DNA of 64,000 nucleotides. It comes from Eledone cirrhosa (Eukaryota). This document shows positions 11,770-25,819 of this stretch, piece after piece (positions within the stretch are counted from its first letter, which is position 1; each line of letters starts with the position of its first letter). The position numbers and the translations under genes were made by a program. The notes beneath the pieces are model-generated. The model had not been told where the DNA came from. It did no database searches and saw nothing but the letters and a program-made list of their open reading frames with translations. The stretch is taken from contig OZ024741.1 of the NCBI GenBank assembly GCA_964016885.1, positions 29,326,001 through 29,390,000 of the forward strand, given 5' to 3'.

Positions 11770-13490
11770 AGAGCAAATATTTATTAAAATAACAGATTAA
11801 AGTTTAAGCAAAGAATCGCTGCTTTCACCCTTAACAGGATCTTCTGAAACTAACAAAGTCAATCTGTAAACGCAGAAGTGGATATTTCAAGAAACGTTGA
11901 AACCGGAGGAAGACAGGAAGACGATACTTTGGTTCGTGGAAACGTTCCCTCGCAAAGAACGGGAAAACACGAATATAATTGTTTCTACTTTAGGCACAAG
12001 GCCAGCAAATACCCAGTACATTACTGGTACTTTATTTTATCGACCCCGTAAGGATGAAAGGCAAAGTTAACCTCGGCGGGATTTGAACGAATATAATACG
12101 TCATTAATAAGAGCGGTGAAAAACAATTACGCGCAAAGACAGAACCACGTTTATGGTATAAAAGAGGTCGTAGACTAATGTTCTCTTAGGTGGTTCATAG
12201 AGACGTTCTCTGGCAATGAACGAAAAAAAACGAAGATAATACGTCATATGTGTAACGTGGAGAACAATTGCACGCAAAGACAAAACCACGTAAATGGTAT
12301 AGCAGAAGTCGTAGACTAAAATTCTAACTAGGAGACCGAATGAATCTCCGCTTCAGAGTTAAGAATAAAGTAAATAAATACAATACAGAGGTAACAGAAA
12401 TTAAATAAATACATACCCGCATACAAATACGTACATACACAAGCATACGCGAAAACACTTACCATATGGTATACAAAACCACGCACATATAAATATGTGT
12501 GTGTGTGTGTGTGTGTGTGTATACAAATAAATAAATAATTAAATAAACGTATATAAATAAATAAATACGTATATAACAAGCGCACACACATACCTACATG
12601 TAAATACACAAATGTTCGGAGATGTAAGTCAACCAAAACATGAAGTACACATATACACACACCCTACATACGTACGAACCTGCATACTCACACAGACGCA
12701 AAACTCCCGTATACACATAACCAAACCATATGTACCAGAATATATAAAAATTATACGCCATAACATATACAATCAAATATACGTACGAGAAAGTATACGT
12801 ACCTTGACAAAACAAACAGGTAATATATACTTACCTATGCAAATAACTAATGGTATAAATAAAACATATACTTAGCTACCACATCAAGACGTAAAATATC
12901 CACGTATAGATCGTACTATCCGTTAGGGTATAACGTGGGGCTGTAATACAGGAAAGTTTTGTGCAATTTATGTTTACAAGCCGAAATTGCCTCAGATTTT
13001 TTGTTTAAGATCTGGTCTGTGGTGTAGAGTATTTCCAGGGCCTCAGCGGCGCAGACGTTACAAGGTCTTTTATTTCCGTTATACGATCTAGCCCTAGCTA
13101 GGATCTCTCAGTGTAACTTATATTGGGTGTGGTTGTTTTTTAGACTCCAGATATAAGCTGAAAGTGACGTCATATTCCTTTTTAGCGGGTAACGAAAAGA
13201 ATGGGTATGCATATAAAGACGCTGCTTGAATCTATTGGCGGTTAACCCTATGTAGGCCCTACGGGACGTGGGTGTTTCAACCTTTCATTTGTAGACAATG
13301 TTACTAGAGAGGCATTTCCCGGAAAGGGGGCAATCAACCCTATTCCTACAATTACAGTTATTACTAACTACAGGGTTGCACGTGTTCCTATACGGCTAGG
13401 TAGTTTAGCTAAATTTGAAGCTGTGATCTTATGTGCAAGGTTAGGAGTCGTAGAGTAAGAAATTTTAATAGATATACTATTAAATACTAT
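11770..13490 (-). mobile_element. 5'-truncated Penelope-like element (Hydra-clade-like), GIY-YIG remnant plus 3' region
   Basis: Manual minus-strand translation of ~13360-13020 (with stops and a frameshift): CNCRNRVDCP.SGKCLSSNIVYK...AYIGLTANRFKQRLYMH...SLSAYIWSLK...CNVCAAE. The 3' region is shared with 52595-53320. Short 5' inversion (13423-13490 vs 13513-13561). Confidence 0.85.
11980..12087 (-). mobile_element. 5'-truncated S1 SINE inserted into the PLE 3' region
   Basis: TSD ACGAATATAAT on both sides. The empty site is visible in the paralogous copy near 53115-53135. Confidence 0.9.
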
Positions 13491-13561
13491 TAAATACTAT
13501 TAAATAGAAATACTATTAAAATTTCTTACTCTACGACTCTTAGCCTTGCACATAAAATCAC

Positions 13562-13607
13562 AACCGTCTATGCATTTCAGGCTTAACTGGCCTTCATCAG
13601 GAGGTCC
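13562..13607 (-). ncRNA. Minimal type I hammerhead ribozyme (1-nt deletion in stem I)
   Basis: Minus strand reads ACC-TC CTGATGA AGGCcagttaaGCCT GAAA TGCA TA GACGGT. Confidence 0.8.
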
Positions 13608-13865
13608 CTCCCACCGCTTGCGACTGCTGGACTAGAAGACAGGCGAGAATATATACTTTTCTCGTCTGTGTAAATGAGGTGATTAATCTCATTTGCATAT
13701 GAAGCTGCATACGTTGCTCAACTTACAATAAAAAAGAAAAAGGATTTCGCTTCAAGCATAGCTTTATACAATATGCAAATGAGATTAATCACCTCATGTA
13801 CACAGACGAGAAAAGTATATATTCTCGCCTGTCTTCTAGTCCAGCAGTCGCAAGCGGTGGGAGGG

Positions 13866-13909
13866 ACCGTCCTGACGAAGGCCAGTTAAGCCTGAAATGC
13901 ATAGACGGT
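13866..13909 (+). ncRNA. Minimal type I hammerhead ribozyme, intact
   Basis: ACCGTC CTGACGA AGGCcagttaaGCCT GAAA TGCA TA GACGGT: 6-bp stem I, 4-bp stem II, palindromic TGCA loop III. Predicted cleavage after 13903. Confidence 0.92.
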
Positions 13910-14056
13910 TGTCCCCCCTTGCTTCTGCTGGACATTACCAGAGGGCGTTAGCCCCCCGGTGTTTGCATAGCCACGGCTTCCTAAAACCGTATTTCTTTAG
14001 AGATATAAAATATTTATACATAATGTATAAAGCTATGCTTGAAGTGAAATCCTATT

Positions 14057-14102
<46 letters not shown>

Positions 14103-14104
14103 GT

Positions 14105-14199
14105 GTGTCAGATGGTAGCTTCCATAGGCGGTATGCCGGTTGAGCACTCTATGCTCTTACAGAGCAGAGTATGATATAATATAAAACGAAAAATCAGTG
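14105..14199 (-). mobile_element. Probable DNA-transposon terminus (CACTG end)
   Basis: Homologous in reverse to 33444-33545. The homology stops at CACTG/CAGTG in both copies. Confidence 0.45.
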
Positions 14200-14439
14200 A
14201 TGCATCTGAACTCAATTTATTGTGTGTTACAATTTTTTCGCCGGCGTATATATGTAGATATGACGTGTCTTATGTGCTCATCTGTTACTTCTATTTTTAT
14301 GAAGTATTATTAAAGCAACAAGTGAAAACTTATCTATCTGCAAGCCGGAAACTCTCTGATTAAAGCGTTTCTGCCTCAATTTTATTTATTCAACTAGGTA
14401 AAAAAACTTGCTGCGACATGTTTTAACAAGAACAATGTA

Positions 14440-16100
14440 AAAATGACATTTAAAAACAATTTTCTTCAAACATTTCTCGAAAATGTTTTGCAATATTTAT
14501 TTTTTTAAATCTCATGAAGATATTTTCAAAAACATTTCTCGAAATTTCATATCAAATATTTAAGAAAACTTGTCTCAATTGTTTTTGAAAATTCTACTCA
14601 AAATTTTCCAAAAACTTTTTCTCTAAATTATTAAAAATATTTTTTACAACATATTTTAATTTTTAAAAACATTTTTCTAATATTTTACAGAAAGTTTTCT
14701 CAAACATATTTGACAAAATAAATTATTTTCAAATATTTCCTTTTTTTAATAAGATTTAAAATATTTCCTAAAATTGTTTGAAAAAAATCATCATCAAAAC
14801 TTTCTTAAAAACATTTCTTAAAATCTTCTAAAAGTTTCCCTCAAAATTTTCTTTAAAACTGTTCGCACAATATTTAAAATCTGCCTCCACCCCACTGCCC
14901 CCCCCCCTCCCGAAAAAAATTAAAATTTTCTAAAAAATGTTTCTCGAAAGTAGTTTATCCCCAATTCTTTCTTGAAAATTTTCGGAAAATGTTTTCGAAA
15001 ACATTTCACGGAAAATTCTCCGAATTTCTCAGAAATTATCAGCAATATTATTTTCGAAATTATTTCAAAAATTCTACTCACAATGTTCCCAAAACTTTCA
15101 CAAAAGGAAATTTTTGAAGAATTTTGAGGAAAATTTCAAATAATATGATAATTTTCAGGAAACTTTGTAAATTTAGAAAAAGAATTGGAGTGTTTCATAA
15201 AATTTTGAGAAAATTTTATGGAAAAGTTTAAATATTTTAACTAAAAATATTTGAGAAATTTTTTAGAAAACTTTTTGAAAAACTCTGAAGAAAGTTTTGA
15301 TGAAGTTCTTTGCAAAACTTTGAGCTTTCATCATCAAAACTTTCTTAAAAACATTTCTTAAAATCTTCTAAAAGTTTCCCTCAAAATTTTCTTTAAAACT
15401 GTTCGCACATAATTTAAAATCTGCCTCCACCCCACTGCATCCCCCCCCCCGAAAAAATTAAAATTTTCTAAAAAATGTTTCTCGAAAGTAGTTTACCCCC
15501 AATTCTTTCTTGAAAATTTTCGGAAAATGTTTTCGAAAACATTTCACGGAAAATTCTCCGAATTTTTCAGAAATTATCAGCAATATTATTTTCAAAATTA
15601 TTTCAAAAATTCTACTCACAATGTTCCCAAAACTTTCACAAAAGGAAATTTTTGAAGAATTTTGAGGAAAATTTCAAATAATATGATAATTTTCAGGAAA
15701 CTTTGTAAATTAGAAAAAGATTTGGAGTGTTTCATAAAATTTTGAGAAAATTTTATGGAAAAGTTTAAATATTTTAACTAAAAATATTTGAGAAATTTTT
15801 TAGAAAACTTTTTGTAAAACTCTGAAGAAAGTTTTGATGAAGTTCTTTGCAAAACTTCGAGCTTTTGAGAATATTTTGATAAATGCTTTTTTTCAAAAAA
15901 TATTTGCATAACTTACTTTTGCATAACATGAACAATCGAACTACCCATATTTCCCCAATAATTTCCTTCAAAAGATTTTCAAATATTTGCTTTAAAATCT
16001 ATTTTCTAAGATTTGATTTACTCAAAAATATTCCTGAAAAGTTTTGAAAAAATTTCTTTAAAATGTTTCTCAACATTTTCTATGAGATTCTATCAAGATG
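14440..16100. repeat. A/T-tract low-complexity block containing a 540-bp tandem duplication
   Basis: TCATCATCAAAACTTTCTTAAAAACATTTCTTAAAATC starts at 14788 and at 15328. The two units are near-identical to ~15865. Confidence 0.9.
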
Positions 16101-16499
16101 TTTTATTAAAACGGCTAAATTTGACATATTTCACTTGAGCCTATTCCAAACAATTAATTTGTCTTCTGTTTCTCACCACGACCACCACCAACAGCTCTAC
16201 AACCATCAACGGACCTCCCCATTACCTCCTCTTTAATTACCACCACTACGACGACCGAAAGATATTTTAAACTTTCTATTCAAACGCACATTTGAAAAAG
16301 AAAATTAAAGTCATGGAGTGAAACAGAACAGGCAAATGGTGAAATGAACAATCAAAGAATTCACATGCACAGGCGATTTCTTGACAAATGGCTATTGTAA
16401 GAAGATCAACTCAGTTACATATATTTGCCAAACAAAATGTTTGAAAATGAAACGATCATCCCGTGTTTGATTAGACTGGGGAACATAGTTTTGATGTCT

Positions 16500-17130
16500 T
16501 GTGTTGGAGACGTGTTTCCTTGTAATTTTGGGATGCTGAAAAATGAAATCTATTTTGCTCTATCACATCAAGATTTTTAACAAACTTAAATGTCCATTTT
16601 TCAAAATTTCCATTCTTGTCACCAATTCTAAGAATATATTTGGCTTCACCAAATGCAGATCCATATATGGAGCTTTATACAATTTCGAAAACAGTCTTTC
16701 AATGTGACGTAAGTAAATACATCTACAAAAGTGAAATCAAATGTCCCGATTTAAGTATCTTCAGTAAATAAAAAAGCACCAAACTTGAGCAACTTTCACT
16801 ATTGTCAATCTAATCAGTGTTAAATGCGATGTTAATAACAAAAACGGACTTTTTACAAAGCATTTTTGTGTTTCTTGTCATAATAAATGTCTCATATTTG
16901 TGGAATTTACTGTGTCTATCTGCAGATATACTTACGCTGTCCTTGATTTAGTGTCACTCATTCTAAACAAAGTGAGACATGTTTTGTTGAACCTTTAAGT
17001 ATTTCTTATAGAAATTGGTATTTTGATTACACTTGTAATGTTGTAATTGAGAGGTCACATCGGTCCAGGTCAATTTGGACATTCTGTGACGCTAAAGGAA
17101 AACTACGACTGTATGAATATAGTGCTTGAA
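16500..17130 (+). mobile_element. Possible Chapaev3-like DNA transposon remnant
   Basis: The peptide GHSVTLKENYDCMNIVLE (ORF 17047) resembles a GHSVxLKEtYenM motif recalled from Chapaev3-type transposases. Short and unverified. Confidence 0.35.
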
Positions 17131-17139
17131 ATGCATGTG

Positions 17140-18217
17140 TGTATAGTGTTTGATGTGTGTTCGCGTTTGGGTGACTGTGTTTTGGTTATTGTATTCTATC
17201 TTAGTTTACTAGTGTGTGTTTATATGTGTTTGTTGTTATTGTGCTTCTGTATATATTTATTTATTTATTTATATTTCTCTTAGGTCAGTATTGTTTGTTT
17301 GGGTGTTGTTATTCCATTCATTTTTTCTGTTTAGCTTTGGCCTTCTAAGTTCAATTTCACTGGCCTCTATGATTTGCCTATCTGCTGGGTCATTTCTATG
17401 TTTAGATATTATTTTAATTTCAATGTTGTCTATGTTACCGTCATGTTGTTCTCTGGCGTGTTCATATAGTACTGAACCGTTTTTTCTTCCTTTTAGTTCC
17501 TCCCCGGGTTGGTCTATCCTTTCACCTACGCTACGAGCTGTCTGGCCTATGTATGTTGTTGTCATGTTTCTGCAAGTACGCTCTGTACATCTTATGCTAT
17601 AGACTACGTTTATAGTTTTACAGTTTATCCGGGGGTTTACTTTACATATAATACATTTCCTATTAGTACAGTGGGTTTTCTTAAAAGGGTATGTTTTGCT
17701 GATCAGGGATTTTATGGTTCCTGGCTTTTCTACCATCTTAATCTTTAGGTGGGTCTCTCTCGGGGCCTTTCTAAACGGGTTAGCTAATTTCCCTCGAGGA
17801 GTAGCATCCCCGAACATGACCCTCTGGTATCTCTGGTTGTCGTACCATGAGGTGGCTTTCCCTATCTTATGTTTAGTCTTATCTAAGCTATTCCATGATT
17901 TGCTCCTGTATAATGGGCAAATTCCTTTCATGTCCAGTTCTATGAGGGTCTTATACTTCTCCGTGGCTCCTTCGTATACTCTGACTCTGTCTCTTTGGTT
18001 GTAGCCAGAGAACTGCATGCGGTTGATGAAGTGTTGGATGTGTCTTTCCATTTCTGTTGGGTCGCACATGCGGGACTCGTTCTTCATCACTCGTACCAAG
18101 TCTGCGATCAGAATATTAAACTTAGCACTACTGGACATTGTTGAGTGTTTGAGTATTAGGTATTTGGAGGCCATGGGTTTAACGTAGTGTGAGTGGAGAA
18201 TTTGAGGTCTCTCGTCT

Positions 18218-18220
<3 letters not shown>
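17140..18220 (-). mobile_element. 5'-truncated Penelope-like element (Neptune/Nematis-like): RT thumb + GIY-YIG
   Basis: ORF 17269-18333: HYVKPMASK, RMQFSGY, CTNRKCIIC linker, NVVYSIRC, YIGQTARS, EASEI, LNRKNEW. The 5' end joins (CA)n. Confidence 0.9.
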
Positions 18221-18291
<71 letters not shown>

Positions 18292-18457
18292 TCCTGGGTT
18301 CAATCGCGGGTAACCAGTTAGTAAAGTAATCAATACATTACCAGAGTTTAAGCATCAAGTTTAATATAGAAATGTCTTCTACAGGACTGGAACTAGTTCA
18401 TTCAAACGAAATCCTCATTCTCATCATCATCATCATATATATATATTTATATATATA

Positions 18458-18634
18458 TGTAAAAGGTAAACAGAAATAATAACACAATCGGTACAGTATA
18501 TGGAAGGAATATATTAGATTAACACTTGAAATAGCAGGAAGAGGGTTTAACATTTCGGACGCTAATCCTTCATCAGAAGAAAGAATGAGAAATAAGATAG
18601 ATTGAAGGGATGGGCGGGGTGGAATTTGAAAAAA

Positions 18635-18670
<36 letters not shown>

Positions 18671-18834
18671 CAAAGAGGATGTGGTAAGATACCAGGTGGA
18701 CCATAACGCACTAGAGTGGGTAATAGGAAAAGAGTCAGGGCCCCGACGGCTGAGCTCCGGCCCTTTCGACAGCTAGATCATATCTAGCTGTCGAAACGGC
18801 TGGAGCTCAGCCGCTGGGGTCCTGACTATTTCCC

Positions 18835-18835
<1 letters not shown>
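18458..18835. mobile_element. PLE-terminus stubs (family E with HHR core, family D fold-back)
   Basis: 18546-18580 minus strand: CTGATGA aGGATtagcGTCC GAAA tgt TA, with a degraded stem I. 18723-18836 is an inverted repeat. Confidence 0.65.
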
Positions 18836-18922
<87 letters not shown>

Positions 18923-18923
18923 G

Positions 18924-19012
<89 letters not shown>

Positions 19013-19748
19013 CATACATATGTGTGTGTGTCAATGCGCGTGTGTTTGTGTGTTTGTATGCGTGCGTGTGAGTTTGTGAGCATATGTGTATATGTATGTG
19101 TGCGCATACTATATTTAGGAAAAGGCAACAATACCAATTGAGTCATTTATTGAAGACGGTGGTGTGTGACCTGGACAAGATGATCTTCAAAGCATCGTTA
19201 TAGATTATTTCTAGCTGAATCATTATCTACCTTCTGTTTCTCTTCTACTTTATTGAATTGCTTATCAACACGTAACACAAGTTATGCCGTCTTAGTCTCG
19301 ACTCAACTGTTTCATTCTCTTTACTAAGCACTCAAATTGATCCTGCATTCATTTACTATATTGATCCTAACTTACCCTATGAATAATATATATTTTTAAT
19401 GTAGGATCATTAGATACGCGAGTATATTAATTACGGAGAAGGAATAATCTAAGCTTAGAGTAATAAAATAAAAGCACACTTATTTGTATTCAGAACATAT
19501 ATTTCATGTTTGTACAGTCACACAAACACACAGACACATATCTCTCTCTGTCTCTCTCTCTCTCCCCTTCACATACACACACCCTTTCTCTCATGCACAC
19601 ACACTTTCTCTGTGTGCGTGTGTATATATATATATATACACACACACGCACACGCGCGCACACACACACGCGCGTGCGCGCACACACACACATATATATT
19701 TATATAAATATGTATATACACACATACACGCGCACACGCACACACACA

Positions 19749-19856
<108 letters not shown>

Positions 19857-20349
19857 ATAAACAACATCGCTAGGTTCGCTCTGCCAAGACAGGCTATATG
19901 TTAAATTCATGAAGAAGGTAGAATGTAATATGTTTCACGCGATATAAATACACTTTCTGGATGTACTGTTCCACACGGCTGATTATGACATTCACTGAAT
20001 TTATTTAGAAACTTCATAATGATTAAAATCAATGAAGCATTAACATTTACACATTCTAACTTATAAAAAGCCCCACGCATATATACAAAGTATAAACACT
20101 ACACATGCGAAAAATGCGAGAACCCACCATGTATAAATATAAATACATATATATATATATATGAAAAAAAGAAATAAAAGGTATTTTCCACTAATATTTC
20201 TCAATAAAATAACAGAAACACATTTAAACATGATTTAACATGCAAAAAAGGAGGGATACAAACTAGACAAATAAATACAAGAGAGTTTCGCTCGTATCTT
20301 CTCCCTAACTGCAGTTTTGGGATTTAAGAAACAATATCAATTATCTTAA

Positions 20350-20570
20350 CCCTTTAGCATTTAAAACGGCCATATCCGGCCAAAATTCTCTCACCTTGTT
20401 CTGTTCAAGCCAGCTGTAACCAGCTGCTCATACTTAGGTTAAGGTATCGTTCTCAAAATAAATAATATGAAAATCTCATAGATTCGATACTATGTGAGAT
20501 AATTATGTAAGGTAACGCCTTTACCATGAAAATGATATAGTAAATATAGAGTAATGTAAATGCTTAATAA
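20350..20570. mobile_element. piggyBac-like MITE (one end degraded) inside a fold-back
   Basis: TTAA CCCTTTAGCATTTAAAACGGCCATATC matches the terminus of 51623-51842. Flanks 20281-20338 and 20704-20760 are inverted repeats. Confidence 0.6.
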
Positions 20571-20947
20571 ACTAAAACAACCAACATTGAAAGAAAATAC
20601 CTTCTCTCCGTATACTATCTATTGAATATTATTTTCTACTTCCAAGAAGCCCTCTGGTCAAGGAGCTTTCTCCCAATGCTGGTTGTCTTAATGTACTAAG
20701 ATAATATTGTTTCTTAATTCCAGAAACTGCAGTTAAGGGTAAGATGCGAGTAAAACTCTCTCACATTAGTTTGTTTAGCTTGTACACCCCCCCCAATGGA
20801 TGTTCTAGAACTACTTAAACTGTGTTTTGATTATATATTTTTAGATTATCTTTCTATTAAGGTAACCTGAGCATTACTGGCAAACAACTTTTTAATTTTC
20901 ATTTTGATATATATATAAAATCTCGCTCTCCATTGTTGAATATAATA

Positions 20948-21262
20948 AATGTAATCTGAGTTTTTCGAATATTAATAATTGTTTCTACTTTTGGCACAAG
21001 GCCAGCAATTTATCAGTGGTTTACTGGTACTTTATTTTATCGACCCCGTAAGGATGAAAGGCAAAGTTAACCTCGACGATATTTGAACTCAGATCGTAAA
21101 GGGACGTAACTACGCTAGAAAGCGTCCCTTTAAAGTCTGAGATCAAGTCTCTTCGAGGTTAACTTTGCCTTTCATCCTTACGGGGGTCGATAAAATAAAG
21201 TACCAGTAATGCACTGGGTTTTGCTAGCCTTGTGCCAAAAGTAGAAACGCTTATTAATATTC

Positions 21263-21302
<40 letters not shown>

Positions 21303-21455
21303 AAATGAAAATTAAAAAGTTTTCCAATATTAATAGTAATATTCGACTCGTTTGCAATTATTCTAGTGACATGGCTTTAAAAATGAGGCTTGTTTGCATA
21401 ATTGCAAACGAATCGAATATTATTATTAATATTCGTAAAAGTCAGATTACATTTA
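20948..21455. repeat. Head-to-head inverted S1 SINE pair forming a ~300-bp hairpin, with inverted flanks
   Basis: 20965-21107 pairs with 21123-21265. 20948-20979 is also inverted at 21424-21454. Confidence 0.9.
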
Positions 21456-21475
21456 ATATATATATATATATATAT

Positions 21476-21878
21476 GTAAAAGTTCTATTTAAATTGTTGG
21501 GATACAACAAGCAAATATTTTTATAACTGATATAAAGCCCTCAACAAATATTTGGAGTAAAAATACGATATTAACAAATGGATACTATATTTATAAAACC
21601 ATATTTATTTCATTATACATATGTCAAGGACACCAAGTTAAATTATGGTGTGCTTTCATCATATAAAATATAATATTGATTAGTTTTATAAATAAATATT
21701 GACATACCCTTAAAGAATGCAACCATTGCTGTTGGAAGCAATATGTCAATATTTATTTATAAAACTGATCAATATTATATTTTATCTGATGAAAGCACAC
21801 CATAATTTATCTTGGTGTCCTTGACATATGTATAATGAAATAAATATGGTTTTATAAATATAGTTTCCATTTGTTAAT
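21476..21878. mobile_element. Fold-back element, family G, with two HHR motifs (GAAA mutated to GACA)
   Basis: 21571-21705 is inverted against 21743-21877. 21778-21842 reads TATTTTAT CTGATGA AAGcACACCA...TGGTGTcCTT GACA TATGTA TA ATGAAATA. Confidence 0.75.
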
Positions 21879-21934
21879 TACATATATATATATATATATA
21901 TATATTTGTGTGCATGTATGTGTGTGTGGATATG

Positions 21935-21978
<44 letters not shown>

Positions 21979-22096
21979 AAGTGGATGGATACTTCAACAG
22001 GTACAATGTACTTGTAGAAATATTCAAGTTGTTTGTGATTATTTAATCATTTTTTAATTTATTTGGAAAATTGTTTAATAACCGTTTGTTTCGCTA

Positions 22097-22156
<60 letters not shown>

Positions 22157-22292
22157 AGCATGTATATACACATATATATATATATATGTAAGCATGTATG
22201 TGTTTATGAATGTATATGTATATATATATATATATGTGCGTGCATGCATATGTGTGTGTTGTGAGTGTGTGTATGTGAATGTTGGATGCACG

Positions 22293-22392
<100 letters not shown>

Positions 22393-22589
22393 TGTATGTA
22401 TATATCTATATATGTGACATGACTAACTACTATAATTATCCACATCAGATGTTTTATACTTATATAACTTCATATAACTAAACACTTCTATTTTGCTGTA
22501 ACTGACTTTAAATTACATTTAGTTCCTACTTGTAGTAAATGTTGTTCCTTTAACTGAATGATAGCTTCTTGAAATAACCGCTAGATGGT

Positions 22590-22870
22590 TTGAGGCAGTA
22601 GTAGTGGTGTTGGTGGTGTTGGTGGTGGTGGTGGTGCTGGTGGATGTTTGAGGTAGTAGTAGTGGTGGTAGTAGTAATAATAATGGTGGTAGTAGTATCA
22701 GTTGTACTAGTAGTAGTGGTAATAGTAGCAATAGTAGTAGTAGTGGAGGTGGTGGATGTTTGAGGTAGTAGTAGTAGTAGTGTGGTAGTGGTGGTGGATG
22801 TTTGAGGTAGTAGTAGTAGTAGTGGTAGTAGTAGTATAGTAGTGGTGTTAGTAGTCTTGTGATAGTGTTG

Positions 22871-22913
<43 letters not shown>

Positions 22914-23205
22914 AAGAAGAAGAAGAAGAAGAAGAAGAAGGAGAAGAAAGAGATGAAAAAAGGAGAAGAAAGAAGACCAATACTAACACCACCACCACCA
23001 CCACCACCACCACCACCACCACCACCACCACCACCACCACCACCACTACCACCACCACCAAAATATTTGAACAACTTATCTTGGATATATTATGAAATAG
23101 CAGAGCTGTCAATTATTATGTCAATTGATGTATCGGTAAGATATCGAAATTGTTATTTAGATCTAACCTTTATTTGATCATGGTACATATATTTACACAT
23201 GTCTC

Positions 23206-23237
<32 letters not shown>

Positions 23238-23450
23238 CTTCTTCTTCTTCTTCTTCTTCTTCTTCTTCTTCTTCTTCTTCTTCTTCTTCTTCTTCTTCTT
23301 CTCCTCCTCCTCCTCCTCATCACCCCTCCTCCCCCTCATCCCCCACCTCCCATTCATCCCCCTCCTCCTCCTCCTCCTCCTCCTCCTCCTCTTCTTCTTC
23401 TTCTTCTTCTTCTTCTTCTTCTTCTTTTTCTTCCTCTTCTTCTTCTTCTT
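22590..23450. repeat. Compound trinucleotide microsatellites (GTA/GGT/GAA/CCA/CTT/CCT)
   Basis: Read directly. They account for the homopolymeric ORFs in this region. Confidence 0.95.
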
Positions 23451-23790
23451 GAGAGGGTCGTGGGGTCGGAGTCCTCACACACGTCCTGTTAAAAGCAACC
23501 GATTCTTTCCTGAGACATTCTAACCACATTCCCATACTATCGGAGTGGTGATCTCTCGGAGGAGTAGCGGCTCTACCTGGAATGACTCGCTGATTTCCGA
23601 GCTACAAACTCAATCGAGTAACATTACTCCAAAGACCCCGCGGAGGAACCGCATCTCGGCCACTTTTCACCCAACCAGAATGCTCCCGTCTGAGACACAA
23701 GCCTGGGAAATGTGTGTTTGAGGAAGACCAGCAGTCACCCATGCACAGTAGTTTCCCCTCTCTACGACACAAATGTTGTTCAAGTGCAAG
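23450..23790 (-). mobile_element. Degraded RTE-like LINE 3' fragment with (AAG)n tail
   Basis: Minus-strand translation contains AEMRFLRGVFGVMLLD*VCSSEISESFQVEPLLL, typical of an RTE post-RT region. Confidence 0.65.
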
Positions 23791-23827
23791 GCAGTGGCCG
23801 ACATAATTCGGAACCAATGACGTCGCA

Positions 23828-23970
23828 ACTGATTTCTACAGCTGAGTAAACTGTAGCAACTCAATATAAAGTGTCTTGCTCAAGGACACAATGCATCACC
23901 TGGTTCGAGAATCGAACTCACAACGTCACGATTGTAAGCCCAATACTCTAACCACGAAGCAATACGCCTT
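23828..23970 (-). mobile_element. CORE-like SINE (S2)
   Basis: Homologous in reverse to 8808-8948. Minus-strand B box GTTCGATTC. Confidence 0.75.
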
Positions 23971-24009
23971 CACACACACGCACAAAGACACACATACACA
24001 CACACACGT

Positions 24010-25501
<1,492 letters not shown>

Positions 25502-25627
25502 CGAAGGAAATGTGGTAAGGAACCAGGTGGACCGTAACGCACCAAAGTACTCAATACTTGATTTTTTTTTTAGTCCAGAATTAGCCGTCGAAACGGCTTG
25601 AGCTCAGCTGTCGGGGTCTTACTGGTT

Positions 25628-25751
<124 letters not shown>

Positions 25752-25819
25752 GTATAGTAATAATAATAAATGTGAAGACTAAAATCTTTATCTAAATAAA
25801 TAAATAATTATATACATAT

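Larger units (their letters stand above)
13561..14062. mobile_element. Retrozyme-like fold-back element with a 323-nt monomer (family H)
   Basis: 13561-13700 is the reverse complement of 13771-13911, and 13731-13770 of 14024-14062. Two HHRs in opposite orientation. Ends in (TA)n. Confidence 0.85.

Noticed and set aside
22519-23535. Poly-G/P/S/E/T ORFs
   Set aside because: Pure trinucleotide microsatellites.
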